A DNA stretch of 32,000 nucleotides from Thermoplasmatales archaeon (GCA_012520845.1 JAAYNL010000010.1:9058-41057), one strand, 5' to 3'; positions 1 to 8,524 are shown, counted from the first letter of the stretch. The notes: generated from the sequence alone by a model not told the origin. Translations and numbers: made by a program.

Positions 1-248
1 GCAGAATCACGGGGCTTGTCGCGGCGGTTCTGTCCAAAACCCTCAGCAGGGAAACGGTCCCCGAATCCACGTCCTCGGTCAGGACGGCGTACTCGAAAAC
101 GCCGTCGTCGAACGTGTCCGCCACGGCAGCGTCGCCGATGCCGGACATGGATGCGACCATGGTTGCGGCCAGCAGCGCCGCCAAAGCAATCGCTAACGTT
201 GTGCGCGTCCCATCCCTCGGGAGCGCCTGCCCACCCGAAGCGCACATC
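1..248 (-). CDS. Secreted/surface protein, N-terminal fragment (gene runs off the left edge)
   Basis: The minus-strand frame is open from ATG 248..246 to base 1. It is absent from the ORF track because no stop lies in the window. The translation MCASGGQALPRDGTRTTLAIALAALLAATMVASMSGIGDAAVADTFDDGVFEYAVL... has a basic n-region and hydrophobic h-region like a signal peptide. A TATA-like TTTTTATAT on the minus strand (279..271) lies about 30 nt upstream of the ATG. Confidence 0.45.
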
Positions 249-508
249 GCCTTCTCTTAATACTTACGGATATAAAAACTCAGCATATCGTCTGACGTTT
301 GTCCAACAACCAGATTCCTTTCGTCATACATATAAGGAATTTTTTAGCATGAATTTATTCATAAATGAATTGGATTGTGGATGACGTTATTCGTATGGAT
401 TCTACGTTATTCGAAAAAAATACACCCGTTATTCCTCAAATCGTTATCCCTGTTCAAGTTCCTGAGTACCTTTTAAGAACTATGAAACAATTGAGTGGGT
501 TGGTCTAT

Positions 509-1066
509 ATGGATTTGGAAATCTGTTGGCATGGAAGAGGCGGCCAAGGCGCCGTCACCGCGAACGAGATCCTGGCTGAGACCGCCATCCGCGGGGGCAA
601 GTACGTAAAGGCGTTCCCCGAATTCGGCCCCGAGAGGATGGGCGCGCCCATACGGGCGTTCACCAGGATTTCCGAGAAACCCATCAAGGTCCACAGCCAG
701 GTCTACGAGCCTGACGTGGTGATAGTCCTTGACGGGACCCTCGTCGGCAAGGTGAACATCACCGGCGGCCTGAAAAAGGGCGGCATAATCCTGGCCAATT
801 ACGTCGGGACCCCCGAGGAGCTCCAGAAGGCGCTCGGCACCAAGGAAAGGTGCCACACGTTGGACGCGACGAAAATCTCCATCGAGGAAATCGGGAGGCC
901 CGTTGCGAACACCGCCATGCTCGGCGCGTTGGCCAAGGTCACACCGGCGATTCCGTACGACGTGCTGGAAGACGAGATCACCGCCAAATTCACCGGCAGG
1001 CTGCCGGATAAGGTAATCGTGAAGAACCTTTCCGCCCTCAAGAGGGCCTACGACGAGGTGGTGTGA
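509..1066 (+). CDS. porC: Pyruvate (2-oxoacid):ferredoxin oxidoreductase, gamma subunit
   Basis: Lies in ORF 365..1066. The start is placed at ATG 509 (MDLEICWHGRGGQGAVTANEIL...), the usual N-terminus of OFOR gamma subunits with the HGRGGQG motif. TTTTAAGA at 471..478 lies upstream. Gamma-delta-alpha-beta gene order. Alternative in-frame starts at 482 and 365. Confidence 0.85.
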   Translation: MDLEICWHGRGGQGAVTANEILAETAIRGGKYVKAFPEFGPERMGAPIRAFTRISEKPIKVHSQVYEPDVVIVLDGTLVGKVNITGGLKKGGIILANYVGTPEELQKALGTKERCHTLDATKISIEEIGRPVANTAMLGALAKVTPAIPYDVLEDEITAKFTGRLPDKVIVKNLSALKRAYDEVV

Positions 1067-1067
1067 G

Positions 1068-1334
1068 ATGGCAGCCGAGAAGCTGATCGTCGGCGGCCGC
1101 GTCATCGAGCCGGGCAAGGCCGAACAGTTCGAGACCGGCGACTGGAGGACCTTCACCCCGGTCCTCGACAGGGAACTGTGCATCGACTGCATGACCTGTT
1201 GGATCTACTGCCCGGACAGTTCCGTGATCGTCAAGGACAGCAAGATGATGGGTTTCAAGCTGACCCACTGCAAGGGGTGCGGCATCTGCGCGAAGATGTG
1301 CCCCAAGAAAGCGATAACGATGGAGGAGGTGTGA
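1068..1334 (+). CDS. porD: Pyruvate (2-oxoacid):ferredoxin oxidoreductase, delta subunit (2x[4Fe-4S] ferredoxin-like)
   Basis: 88-aa ORF with two CxxCxxCxxxCP motifs (CIDCMTCWIYCP and CKGCGICAKMCP). It starts 1 nt after the porC stop. Confidence 0.9.
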   Translation: MAAEKLIVGGRVIEPGKAEQFETGDWRTFTPVLDRELCIDCMTCWIYCPDSSVIVKDSKMMGFKLTHCKGCGICAKMCPKKAITMEEV

Positions 1335-1336
1335 AC

Positions 1337-2497
1337 ATGGCCGACGAAATAGGGATCAACGGCGACAACGCTGTCGCCCTCGCATGGAAACAGATCGACC
1401 CGGACGTCTGCGCCGCGTACCCGATAACGCCGCAGACCATCATCGTCGAGACGTTCTCGGAATACGTGGCCAACGGTGACGTCGGCACCGAATTCGTGTG
1501 CGTCGAGTCGGAACACAGCGCCCTCACCGTCTGCGTGGCCGCCGCCTCCGCCGGCGCCAGGACCTTCACCGCCACCGCGTCCCAGGGCCTGGCCTACATG
1601 TGGGAGATGCTCCCCATCGCCTCGGCCATGAGGGTGCCCATCGTGATGGCCGTCGCCAACAGGACGCTCAGCGGCCCGATAAACATACACAACGACCACG
1701 GCGACGCCATGTCCGCCAGGGACTGCGGCTGGGTGATGATTTTCGCCGAGAACGTCCAGGAGGCCTACGACAACGCCGTCATGGCCCCGAGGATCGCGGA
1801 ACACCCCGACGTGCAGTTGCCCGTGATGGCCAACCTGGACGGTTTCATCCTCACCCACGCCATAGAGAGGATGAGGCCCCTGGACACCGCCGTCGTCAGG
1901 AAGTTCGTGGGCGAGCACAAGCCCCTGCACCCGCTGCTCGACTGGAAAAAGCCGGTGTCCCACGGCCTGATGGACGGCCCTGAGGACTACTACAGGCACA
2001 AGTACCAGATGGTCGAGGCGATGGAGAAGGCCTTCGGCGTCTGCGAGAAGGTCTTCGCGGACTTCGCCAAGATTTCCGGCAGGAAATACAGCATCGTGGA
2101 GGAATACATGTGCGACGACGCCGACTGCGTCGCCGTCATACTCGGCTCCTCCTTCGGCACCATGAAGGCCACCGTCGACAAGCTGCGCGCCGAGGGCCTC
2201 AAGGTCGGCGCCTGCATGCCCAGGGTCTTCAGGCCGTGGCCAGCGAAACAGCTCGCCAAGGTCCTCGGGGGCAAGAAGGCCGTCCTGGTGATGGACAAAC
2301 ACGTCGGGGTGGGCGCCTACGGCCCCATGTACCCGGAGGTCGTTGCCGCGCTGGCCGGGGGGAAGATGCCGAAGATGCACAATTGCATATACGGCCTCGG
2401 AGGGCAGGACGCCACCGTGGCCGGTTTCGAGAAGATCCTGAAGGCGGTGGCCTCCGGCAAGGCCAAGGAACTCTCCTTCATGGGGGTGGACGTATGA
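1337..2497 (+). CDS. porA: Pyruvate (2-oxoacid):ferredoxin oxidoreductase, alpha subunit
   Basis: ATG 1337 (MADEIGINGDNAVALAWKQIDPDVCAAYPITPQT...) lies inside ORF 1178..2497, 2 nt after the porD stop. The AYPITPQT motif and a length of about 386 aa are typical of OFOR alpha subunits. Confidence 0.9.
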   Translation: MADEIGINGDNAVALAWKQIDPDVCAAYPITPQTIIVETFSEYVANGDVGTEFVCVESEHSALTVCVAAASAGARTFTATASQGLAYMWEMLPIASAMRVPIVMAVANRTLSGPINIHNDHGDAMSARDCGWVMIFAENVQEAYDNAVMAPRIAEHPDVQLPVMANLDGFILTHAIERMRPLDTAVVRKFVGEHKPLHPLLDWKKPVSHGLMDGPEDYYRHKYQMVEAMEKAFGVCEKVFADFAKISGRKYSIVEEYMCDDADCVAVILGSSFGTMKATVDKLRAEGLKVGACMPRVFRPWPAKQLAKVLGGKKAVLVMDKHVGVGAYGPMYPEVVAALAGGKMPKMHNCIYGLGGQDATVAGFEKILKAVASGKAKELSFMGVDV

Positions 2498-3444
2498 CCC
2501 GCAGATCCCTGAAGGACCTGGCGAACGACTCGAAGGTGCGCCTCACGTCAGGCCACAGGCTCTGCGCCGGGTGCGCCGAGAGCATAATCGCCAGGCAGGT
2601 GATGATGGCCACGGACAAGCCGTTGGTCGTCACCAGCGCCACCGGGTGCTTCGAGGTCTCCACCTCGATATTCCCGTACACCGCCTGGAACGTGCCGTGG
2701 ATACACACGGCGTTTGGCAACAGCGCGGCCACCTGCGCCGGGACGGAAGCGGCCTACAAGGCGCTGAAGAGGAAGGGCAAGGTGAAGGACGACATCAGGT
2801 TCCTCTGCTTCGCCGGCGACGGCGCCACCTACGACATCGGCTTCCAGTCGCTGTCCGGCGCCCTGGAGCGCGGCCACCAGATGATGTACGTCTGCTTCAA
2901 CAACGAGGCGTACATGAACACCGGCATCCAAAGGTCCGGCGCGACCGGCTTCGCGGCGTCCACCACGACGTCGCCCGTCGGCAGCGACATCACGGGCAAG
3001 ACCCAGTTCCCCAAGGACCTGACCATGATCGTCGCGGCCCACGACATACCCTACGCGGCCCAGGTGTCCCCCCACAACTGGAGGGACCTCATAGCCAAGG
3101 CCGAGAAGGGCTTCGAGTGCGGCGGCCCGGCTTTCCTCAATGCCATATCCACCTGCCCCCGCGGATGGAGGACGGGCACCGACTCCGCCATCGTCATGGC
3201 GAAACTCGCGGTCGAAACCTGCGTCTGGCCCCTATACGAGTACGAGAACGGCAGGTTCGCCCTCACCGGCGAGAGCGCCAGGATCGCCGAGGGCAAGATG
3301 GAGAAGAAGCCCGTCACCGAGTGGATCGCCGCCCAGGGCAGGTACAGGCACCTTGCCGGGGACAAGCACCTCGGCATCGTGGAGCGCATGCAGGCGGACA
3401 TCGACCGCAGGTGGGAAAGGCTCCAGAAGCTCTGCAAACTCTGA
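2494..3444 (+). CDS. porB: Pyruvate (2-oxoacid):ferredoxin oxidoreductase, beta subunit (TPP-binding)
   Basis: ATG 2494 overlaps the porA stop (ATGA). It lies in the frame of ORF 2110..3444. MTRRSLKDLAN...GHRLCAGCAE carries the cluster Cys residues, and GDGATYDIGFQSLSGA...NNEAYMNTG is the TPP/Mg-binding motif. Confidence 0.9.
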   Translation: MTRRSLKDLANDSKVRLTSGHRLCAGCAESIIARQVMMATDKPLVVTSATGCFEVSTSIFPYTAWNVPWIHTAFGNSAATCAGTEAAYKALKRKGKVKDDIRFLCFAGDGATYDIGFQSLSGALERGHQMMYVCFNNEAYMNTGIQRSGATGFAASTTTSPVGSDITGKTQFPKDLTMIVAAHDIPYAAQVSPHNWRDLIAKAEKGFECGGPAFLNAISTCPRGWRTGTDSAIVMAKLAVETCVWPLYEYENGRFALTGESARIAEGKMEKKPVTEWIAAQGRYRHLAGDKHLGIVERMQADIDRRWERLQKLCKL

Positions 3445-3448
3445 AACC

Positions 3449-3479
3449 GAGGGGGGCGACCCCCTCTTTTTTATTTTTT
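3449..3479 (+). terminator. Stem-loop plus T-tracts after porB
   Basis: GAGGGGG (3449..3455), a GCGA tetraloop, then CCCCCTC (3460..3466) give a 7-bp perfect stem. It is followed by TTTTTT A TTTTTT (3467..3479), 5 nt after the porB stop. Confidence 0.6.
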
Positions 3480-3585
3480 ACTTCATCCGAAGCTACCTTT
3501 GACGCACCATACCCACAATTGATTGGTTTTGATGCATCCAGTCGCCATGAAACAATGAATTGTCGTTTCCTACGATACAATTAAC

Positions 3586-3593
3586 TTTAAATA
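3586..3593 (+). promoter_or_regulatory. TATA box of the 5S rRNA gene (TTTAAATA)
   Basis: The first T lies exactly 30 nt upstream of the inferred 5S 5' end (3616). The same octamer and spacing recur at 8577, 13015 and 18654, and on the minus strand upstream of tRNA-Glu. Confidence 0.6.
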
Positions 3594-3615
3594 CGAGCCG
3601 TCCATCGTCGTGGGC

Positions 3616-3739
3616 GGTATGACGGCCAAAGCGGCGGGGATACACCCGGTCCCATTCCGAACCCGGCAGTAAAGTCCGCCCGCGCACCGATCTGTACTGT
3701 ATTGCGCAAGCGTACGGGAAAACCGGCCCGCTGTCAGCC
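3616..3739 (+). rRNA. rrf: 5S ribosomal RNA
   Basis: Contains the conserved 5S core CCCGGTCCCATTCCGAACCCGGCAGTAAAGTCCGCC. The terminal helix I pairs 3616-3626 with 3730-3739. A T6 tract (3742..3747) follows. No 16S or 23S sequence is in the window. Confidence 0.9.
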
Positions 3740-3793
3740 TCTTTTTTCTCCCCCCGGCGGTGGGGATGACGACCGCCATCCTTTTTCAAAAAT

Positions 3794-4519
3794 TCAGAAC
3801 AGGAGATGCACGATCGTCGCCGCCAGCAATGCGCCGAAAACGCCCGTCAACGCGTTGTTCGCGTACTTGCTTATGAAACCCCGGGATTCGACGGTCGCCC
3901 CGAGCACGCTGTCCATCATGCACCCGGCCAACCCGGCTACGATGGGGACGAAAACCAGGGCGTCGTAGGAAATACCGAATATCACCACCCAGCCTATCGC
4001 CGTGGAGACGACGGCGCCCAGCAGGGCGACGCCCGTGCCGTACAGCGAGACGCCGCCGTCCGTGCCCACCGGCACTTTCTTCATGTTCGTTATCAAACGC
4101 ACGTTCTCGGACTTCACGCCGATCTCGCTGGCCACGGTATCCGCCGCCGCCACGGACACGGCGGAAATGAACGCGACGGACGCCATGGTCGGGTCGACCC
4201 CCGGGATCAACCCGAACAGGGCGGCGAAGATGCAGGGCACGCCGACGCCGAGGACGTTCCTGGCGCGCCTCTCGCCGTGCCTCCCCTCCTGCAGACCCCT
4301 CTCCTTTTTCTCGGAGATGTTGGAAAGGGTGGCCAGAAACCCCAGGAGCGTGAACGCTATTATAACGAGCAGCCACCGTATCGAACCGAGGAGCCCCACG
4401 GCTAGACCCACCGCGGCGGCGGCAACGGCCCCGTCCCAGCTGAGAAGCTTCGCCAGGTACGCCCCGGCGGAGAACCCTATGGAAAGCAGGACGATAAGCA
4501 GGATTTCTGTCCAAACCAC
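3794..4519 (-). CDS. DUF92/TIGR00297 (COG1836) polytopic membrane protein, the family of the plant VTE6 phytyl-phosphate kinase
   Basis: 241-aa ORF, very hydrophobic with multiple predicted TM helices and the conserved SEIGVKS...GTDGGVS core. The start codon is GTG (4519..4517), with no in-frame ATG near the N-terminus. ATTAATAG on the minus strand begins at 4548, about 30 nt upstream. Confidence 0.7.
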   Translation of the reverse strand: MVWTEILLIVLLSIGFSAGAYLAKLLSWDGAVAAAAVGLAVGLLGSIRWLLVIIAFTLLGFLATLSNISEKKERGLQEGRHGERRARNVLGVGVPCIFAALFGLIPGVDPTMASVAFISAVSVAAADTVASEIGVKSENVRLITNMKKVPVGTDGGVSLYGTGVALLGAVVSTAIGWVVIFGISYDALVFVPIVAGLAGCMMDSVLGATVESRGFISKYANNALTGVFGALLAATIVHLLF

Positions 4520-4567
4520 GGGACGTCAGAGGAATGTGCGCTATTAATTCTTGGCGGATGCGCCCGC

Positions 4568-4837
4568 TCAAATCCCGGATACGAGACCCAGCAGGTATTT
4601 TGCCTTGTCCACGGCGGCGTCCCTGTCCTCCAACGGGAAGAACATGATCTTGCCCTGGGCGTAAAGGGTCACCTCCATGCCTTCCCAAGACATGGTGACC
4701 ATGGCGCCGTCGAATCTGCCCAGATCGCCCACCGCCGACAGCGTCTCCGCCGCCTTGGCCAAATCGAGACCCAGGTCCTTCTCGGGCGATACCATGAGCG
4801 CCTTCCCGCCGCACAGCCTGGTGACGGAGTACCTCAT
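4568..4837 (-). CDS. Small conserved hypothetical protein (89 aa), last gene of the pyrBI-kinase operon
   Basis: ATG 4837..4835 overlaps the stop of the upstream kinase gene (ATGA). MRYSVTRLCGGKALMVSPEKDLGLDLAKAAETLSAVGDLGRFDGAMVTMSWEGMEVTLYAQGKIMFFPLEDRDAAVDKAKYLLGLVSGI has a normal globular composition. The longer 125-aa version in the track is Arg/Gly-rich upstream. Confidence 0.55.
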   Translation of the reverse strand: MRYSVTRLCGGKALMVSPEKDLGLDLAKAAETLSAVGDLGRFDGAMVTMSWEGMEVTLYAQGKIMFFPLEDRDAAVDKAKYLLGLVSGI

Positions 4838-5367
4838 CCCCGGAGCGCCCCCGCCACCTCCCCGGAACGTTCCCAGAATTCCTCGAGGGAGCCTTCGTTC
4901 ACCAGCATCACGTCGGCGAGGACGATGGTCTCCGCCAGGCCCCACCCGATTTCCCTGGCGTCCCTCGCCTCGAATTCCGACGGGTTGGCGGGCGCGTCGT
5001 CCCTCCCCCGTTTCACAAGGCGCTCGTACCTGGTCTCCGGGGAGCTGTGGATCGCCACGACGACGACGTCGTCGGTCAACGATTGGTACGCCCGGACCTC
5101 GTCCCTGCTGCGGCAGCCGTCGACGACGAACACGTCGCCCCCCATGCGCTCCATCGCCCTTTTCGCCCAGATATCGAAGCCGTGCCTGTCCCTCTCCGCC
5201 GACGCGAAGGCCCCGACGGAAAGCGCCCCGTCGGCGGGATCGCGTTTCGAATGGAATTCGCGGACGAGGTCCCCCATCCTCAGGAACGGCAGACCCAATC
5301 TGCGCGTGGCGGAAAGGAATTCCTCCTTGCCCGCCCCGGGCATCCCGGCGATTATGATCAACCTCAT
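4834..5367 (-). CDS. P-loop nucleotide kinase-like protein (UPF0200 / dephospho-CoA-kinase-like fold)
   Basis: ATG 5367..5365 overlaps the pyrI stop (ATGA). MRLIIIAGMPGAGKEEFLSATRRLGLPFLRMGDLVRE... has a Walker A (GMPGAGK) at the extreme N-terminus and is 177 aa, a typical small NMP-kinase-like architecture. It is the C-terminal part of track ORF 4834..5835. Confidence 0.6.
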   Translation of the reverse strand: MRLIIIAGMPGAGKEEFLSATRRLGLPFLRMGDLVREFHSKRDPADGALSVGAFASAERDRHGFDIWAKRAMERMGGDVFVVDGCRSRDEVRAYQSLTDDVVVVAIHSSPETRYERLVKRGRDDAPANPSEFEARDAREIGWGLAETIVLADVMLVNEGSLEEFWERSGEVAGALRG

Positions 5368-5825
5368 AGCAGATTGTCGGAGATGTTCGTGAGCTTCCTG
5401 TCGCAGTACGCGCAGCGGAGCTTCAGGGGATCCCTGCTGACCACGTTGAACTCCGGGGCGACGGGCTCCCCCATGTTCGTTATGCAGTGGGGATTGCTGC
5501 ACCTGGCCAGCCCGACGATCTTGTCGGCCAGCTTGACCTTGTACTTCTCCGCGACGTAATAATCCCGTATGATGACGATCGTGGCGTTGGGCGCTATCAG
5601 CGCTATCTTGTCCACGGTCTCCGGGTCGAGCTCCCGGTCCTCGAGCTTGACGACGTCCTTCCACTTCATCCCCTTCTGGGAAGGCACCTTGATGACGACG
5701 CTGATTGTGGAGTCGATGCTGTGCTCGTTCACGCCCAGGATCTTCAGCACGTTCAGCGCCTGGCCGGCGGTGATGTGGTCTATGACCGTGCCGTTCCTTA
5801 TGGGCGCAACCCTGATTTCCTTCAT
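5364..5825 (-). CDS. pyrI: Aspartate carbamoyltransferase regulatory subunit
   Basis: MKEIRVAPIRNGTVIDHI... is the allosteric domain. The C-terminal Zn domain has four Cys (CSNPHC...CAYC). ATG 5825..5823 shares one base with the pyrB stop (TGATG). The track start at 5828 is a GTG one codon upstream. Confidence 0.9.
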   Translation of the reverse strand: MKEIRVAPIRNGTVIDHITAGQALNVLKILGVNEHSIDSTISVVIKVPSQKGMKWKDVVKLEDRELDPETVDKIALIAPNATIVIIRDYYVAEKYKVKLADKIVGLARCSNPHCITNMGEPVAPEFNVVSRDPLKLRCAYCDRKLTNISDNLL

Positions 5826-6763
5826 CACAGCTCACCCCCGAGGATCGCCATGAGCAGGGCCATCCTCACGGGTATCCCGTTGAAGGCCTGCTCAAAATAC
5901 TTGGCGTGGGGCGTCCCGTCGACCTCCGGCGCTATCTCGTCGATGCGGGGCAGCGGGTGCATCACTATCATGTCCTTGGACGCCTCCCGGAGGATGGCGT
6001 TGTCGATCCTGTAGGTGCCGGCGACCTTCCTGTATTCCGAGGGGTCGGGGAACCTCTCCCTCTGTATCCTGGTGACGTAGAGGACGTCCGCCCCGCCGAT
6101 GACGCCGCCCAGGTCGGACGTCACGACGGGGTTGCACCCCCTCTCCTCGAGATCCTTGACGATGTCCTCGGGCATCTGCAGCGACTCCGGCGCCACGAAG
6201 GTGAGGTTGGCGCCGAACGTGGTGAGGGCGTCGGCCAGGGAGTGCACGGTCCTGCCGTACTTCAGGTCGCCCACCAGGGCGATGTTGAGGCCGTCTATCC
6301 TGCCCTTCGCCCTCTTGATCGTGAAAAGGTCGAGCAGGGTCTGGGTCGGGTGCGACCCGGCCCCGTCGCCGGCGTTTATTACCGGGTTCTCGGAGAATTT
6401 CGCCGCTAATCTGGCGGCACCCTCATGCGGGTGCCTGAGGACGATGACGTCGCAGTAGGCGTCGACCATGCGTATGGTGTCGGCGAGGGTCTCCCCTTTC
6501 GAGATGGACGTCTCGGAAACTTGGGAAACGTCGATGACGTCGGCGCCGAGCCTGTGGGCGGCGCTCTCGAAGGAGAGGCGCGTCCTGGTCGACGGCTCGA
6601 AGAACAGGTTGCCGACTATCTTCCCGGCCAAGGGCCTGGCGACCTTCTCGCCGTTGGCGTAGGGCACCATCTTGGCGGAAAGGTCCAGGATGGATTCTAT
6701 CTGTCCCCGGGTCATGTCCCTTATCGACACGATGTCCTTGTCGTAGAAATCCGGATTGCTCAC
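5825..6763 (-). CDS. pyrB: Aspartate carbamoyltransferase catalytic subunit
   Basis: Carries the motifs FFEPSTRTR, HPTQ and HPLPR. It is the C-terminal part of the 773-aa track ORF 5825..8146. The start is placed at GTG 6763 (VSNPDFYDKDIVSIRDM...), because a TATA-like ATTATATC on the minus strand begins at 6794, 30 nt upstream, and this gives a canonical length of about 312 aa. The alternative ATG 6802 (MQRLYRPDAHTRI...) lies upstream of that TATA. Confidence 0.85.
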   Translation of the reverse strand: MSNPDFYDKDIVSIRDMTRGQIESILDLSAKMVPYANGEKVARPLAGKIVGNLFFEPSTRTRLSFESAAHRLGADVIDVSQVSETSISKGETLADTIRMVDAYCDVIVLRHPHEGAARLAAKFSENPVINAGDGAGSHPTQTLLDLFTIKRAKGRIDGLNIALVGDLKYGRTVHSLADALTTFGANLTFVAPESLQMPEDIVKDLEERGCNPVVTSDLGGVIGGADVLYVTRIQRERFPDPSEYRKVAGTYRIDNAILREASKDMIVMHPLPRIDEIAPEVDGTPHAKYFEQAFNGIPVRMALLMAILGGEL

Positions 6764-6862
6764 GATGCGTGTATGCGCATCGGGCCGATATAATCTTTGC
6801 ATCCGGCCGCCGTCGTCGGGCATTGCGTACAAACAATATACCCGGTATCCCATCGACGGGCG

Positions 6863-8524
6863 ATGTTCGAGGTGACTCACCGTTCCCACAGGGGGCGCTC
6901 CTGCCTGCTGACGTTGCCCGGCGGGACCCTTTCCACCCCCGCGTCCCTGGGGGCGGAAGGCCCCTTTTCCGTGTCTGTCGGCGAAGGGGGTCGGTCGCTG
7001 CGCCTCGGCGATTCCGTTATGCGTTTGGACGGCAAGGTGTCCAAAACTAAATCTTCGGGGCCGTTCGCCCCCGAGATCGTCGGGAACGTCGCGCTCATAA
7101 GGATGCCCATAGCCCCGGGATCCGAGAAACCGAAGGACGTCGAGGCCGTCGTCGTCACCAACGCGGCGGAGCTTCGCCTCGACCCGAGGGCCGCGGTGGA
7201 GGCCGTCGTATCCGCCCGGGAATACGCCGGGCACGGGGCGGCGTTGATCGCCCCGGGCCTTGCCGACCCGTCCAACGCCGCGATCTACGCCTGCATGGGC
7301 ATAGACGCCTTCGACGACTCCGTCGCCGCCGCGATGGCCGAAATGGGTGTGCTGGCACTTCCCACGGGACAGGTGTTTTCCGACGACGCCACCATCGAGG
7401 GCAACGTATCCGAGATGCGTCGCGAAATCGGGTTGATACGCACGTACATCGAAGCCGGGAGGCTTAGGGAACTCGCGGAAATAAGGGCGGCTTCGAACCC
7501 GTTCAACGTCGCCCTCCTGAGGCTGTTCGACTCGTTGGCCGCCGACTACCAGGAGAAGGCTGCGCCCGCCGCCGGCGGGCCGTTCAGATGCAACACGACC
7601 CAATCCCTGATGGGCCCCGACCCCGCCGGCTACAGGCGCAGGTTCGTTGAGAAATACAGGAAACCCGCCCACAAAAGGATCCTGCTGCTGTTGCCGTGCT
7701 CCGCCCGGAAACCGTACCACAGGTCGAAGTCGCACCGCGCGTATTCGTCGGCGGTGCACACAGCCGGGCACGACACCCTGGTGCACGAGGTCATACTCAC
7801 GTCCCCGCTCGGCGTCGTCCCCAGGGAGTTGGACGTGTTCTTCCCCGCGTCCGCCTACGACATACCCGTAACCGGCGAATGGAAATGCCAGGAACGGGAA
7901 TTCATCCGTTCCATGCTCGCGCACCTGCTGGCGCAGGGATACGACGCGGTCGTTTCCCATCTCGGCGACGACGCGGGACTCGTTTCCGACCTGGCGCCGA
8001 TGGTCGAGACGGCGAAGGCGGGGCAGGTCTCCAGGGAATCGCTCGACGCGTTGGACGGGGCGCTCAGGGAAGCGGCCGAGGGCATGCCCAAGGTCGGGTA
8101 CCCGGAAGACAGGTTGGAAACGACGCGTTCGATGCTCGCGTTCCAATTCGACGCGGCCGTCGCCGACGCGCTGCTGGACGGAGCCGAGATCCGCGGCAAG
8201 TACCCGTACTGGAAGGTGTTCCGCGGCAAGGAACAGGTCTGCATGGCCTCCGAGGAACGCGGCATGTTCTCCATGACCCTCGCCGGCGCCGGGACCCTCG
8301 CCCGCATGGGCGTGAAAACCGTCACCGTCGGCGATTTCGACATAAAGGGCAGCGTGTTCGCCGTCGGCGTGCTCGATGCCGATCCGTCCATCCGCGTCGG
8401 CGAGGAGGTCGCCGTCGTGTCCTCTTCCGGATCCGTCGTCGCGACGGGCGTGGCAGCCATGTCAGGCCGGGAGATGGTGGACCTCGCAAGGGGCGTTGCC
8501 GTCAGGATCCGGCACAGGGCCTGA
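6863..8524 (+). CDS. arcS: Archaeosine synthase ArcS (TGT-like N-domain + DUF5591 + PUA)
   Basis: ATG 6863 (MFEVTHRSHRGRSCLLTLPGG..TP) resembles TGT/ArcS N-termini. LLLLPCSARKPY is the DUF5591 signature. The C-terminal VGDFDIKGSVFAVGVLDADPSIRVGEEVAVV...GVAAMSGREM is PUA-like. CAATATAC begins at 6834, about 30 nt upstream. Confidence 0.75.
   Translation: MFEVTHRSHRGRSCLLTLPGGTLSTPASLGAEGPFSVSVGEGGRSLRLGDSVMRLDGKVSKTKSSGPFAPEIVGNVALIRMPIAPGSEKPKDVEAVVVTNAAELRLDPRAAVEAVVSAREYAGHGAALIAPGLADPSNAAIYACMGIDAFDDSVAAAMAEMGVLALPTGQVFSDDATIEGNVSEMRREIGLIRTYIEAGRLRELAEIRAASNPFNVALLRLFDSLAADYQEKAAPAAGGPFRCNTTQSLMGPDPAGYRRRFVEKYRKPAHKRILLLLPCSARKPYHRSKSHRAYSSAVHTAGHDTLVHEVILTSPLGVVPRELDVFFPASAYDIPVTGEWKCQEREFIRSMLAHLLAQGYDAVVSHLGDDAGLVSDLAPMVETAKAGQVSRESLDALDGALREAAEGMPKVGYPEDRLETTRSMLAFQFDAAVADALLDGAEIRGKYPYWKVFRGKEQVCMASEERGMFSMTLAGAGTLARMGVKTVTVGDFDIKGSVFAVGVLDADPSIRVGEEVAVVSSSGSVVATGVAAMSGREMVDLARGVAVRIRHRA

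Noticed and set aside
16-384. 122-aa plus-strand ORF at the left edge (TTG start).
   Set aside because: It is a highly basic Arg/Pro-rich sequence, antisense to the signal-peptide-bearing minus-strand gene. It runs through the AT-rich promoter region.
365-508. Longer N-terminal extensions for porC (365), cfbC (TTG 13972), cfbE (TTG 14797), IscA (31093) and the 125-aa version of the small pyr-operon protein (4945).
   Set aside because: The extensions use rare start codons or cross TATA elements or upstream genes. They add non-conserved or low-complexity residues ahead of canonical family N-termini.
6803-8146. N-terminal ~450-aa extension of the pyrB ORF (track ORF 5825..8146, 773 aa).
   Set aside because: The extension is antisense to ArcS, which has clear DUF5591 and PUA motifs. 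It is Arg/Gly/Pro-rich junk, and PyrB homology begins only near 6763.
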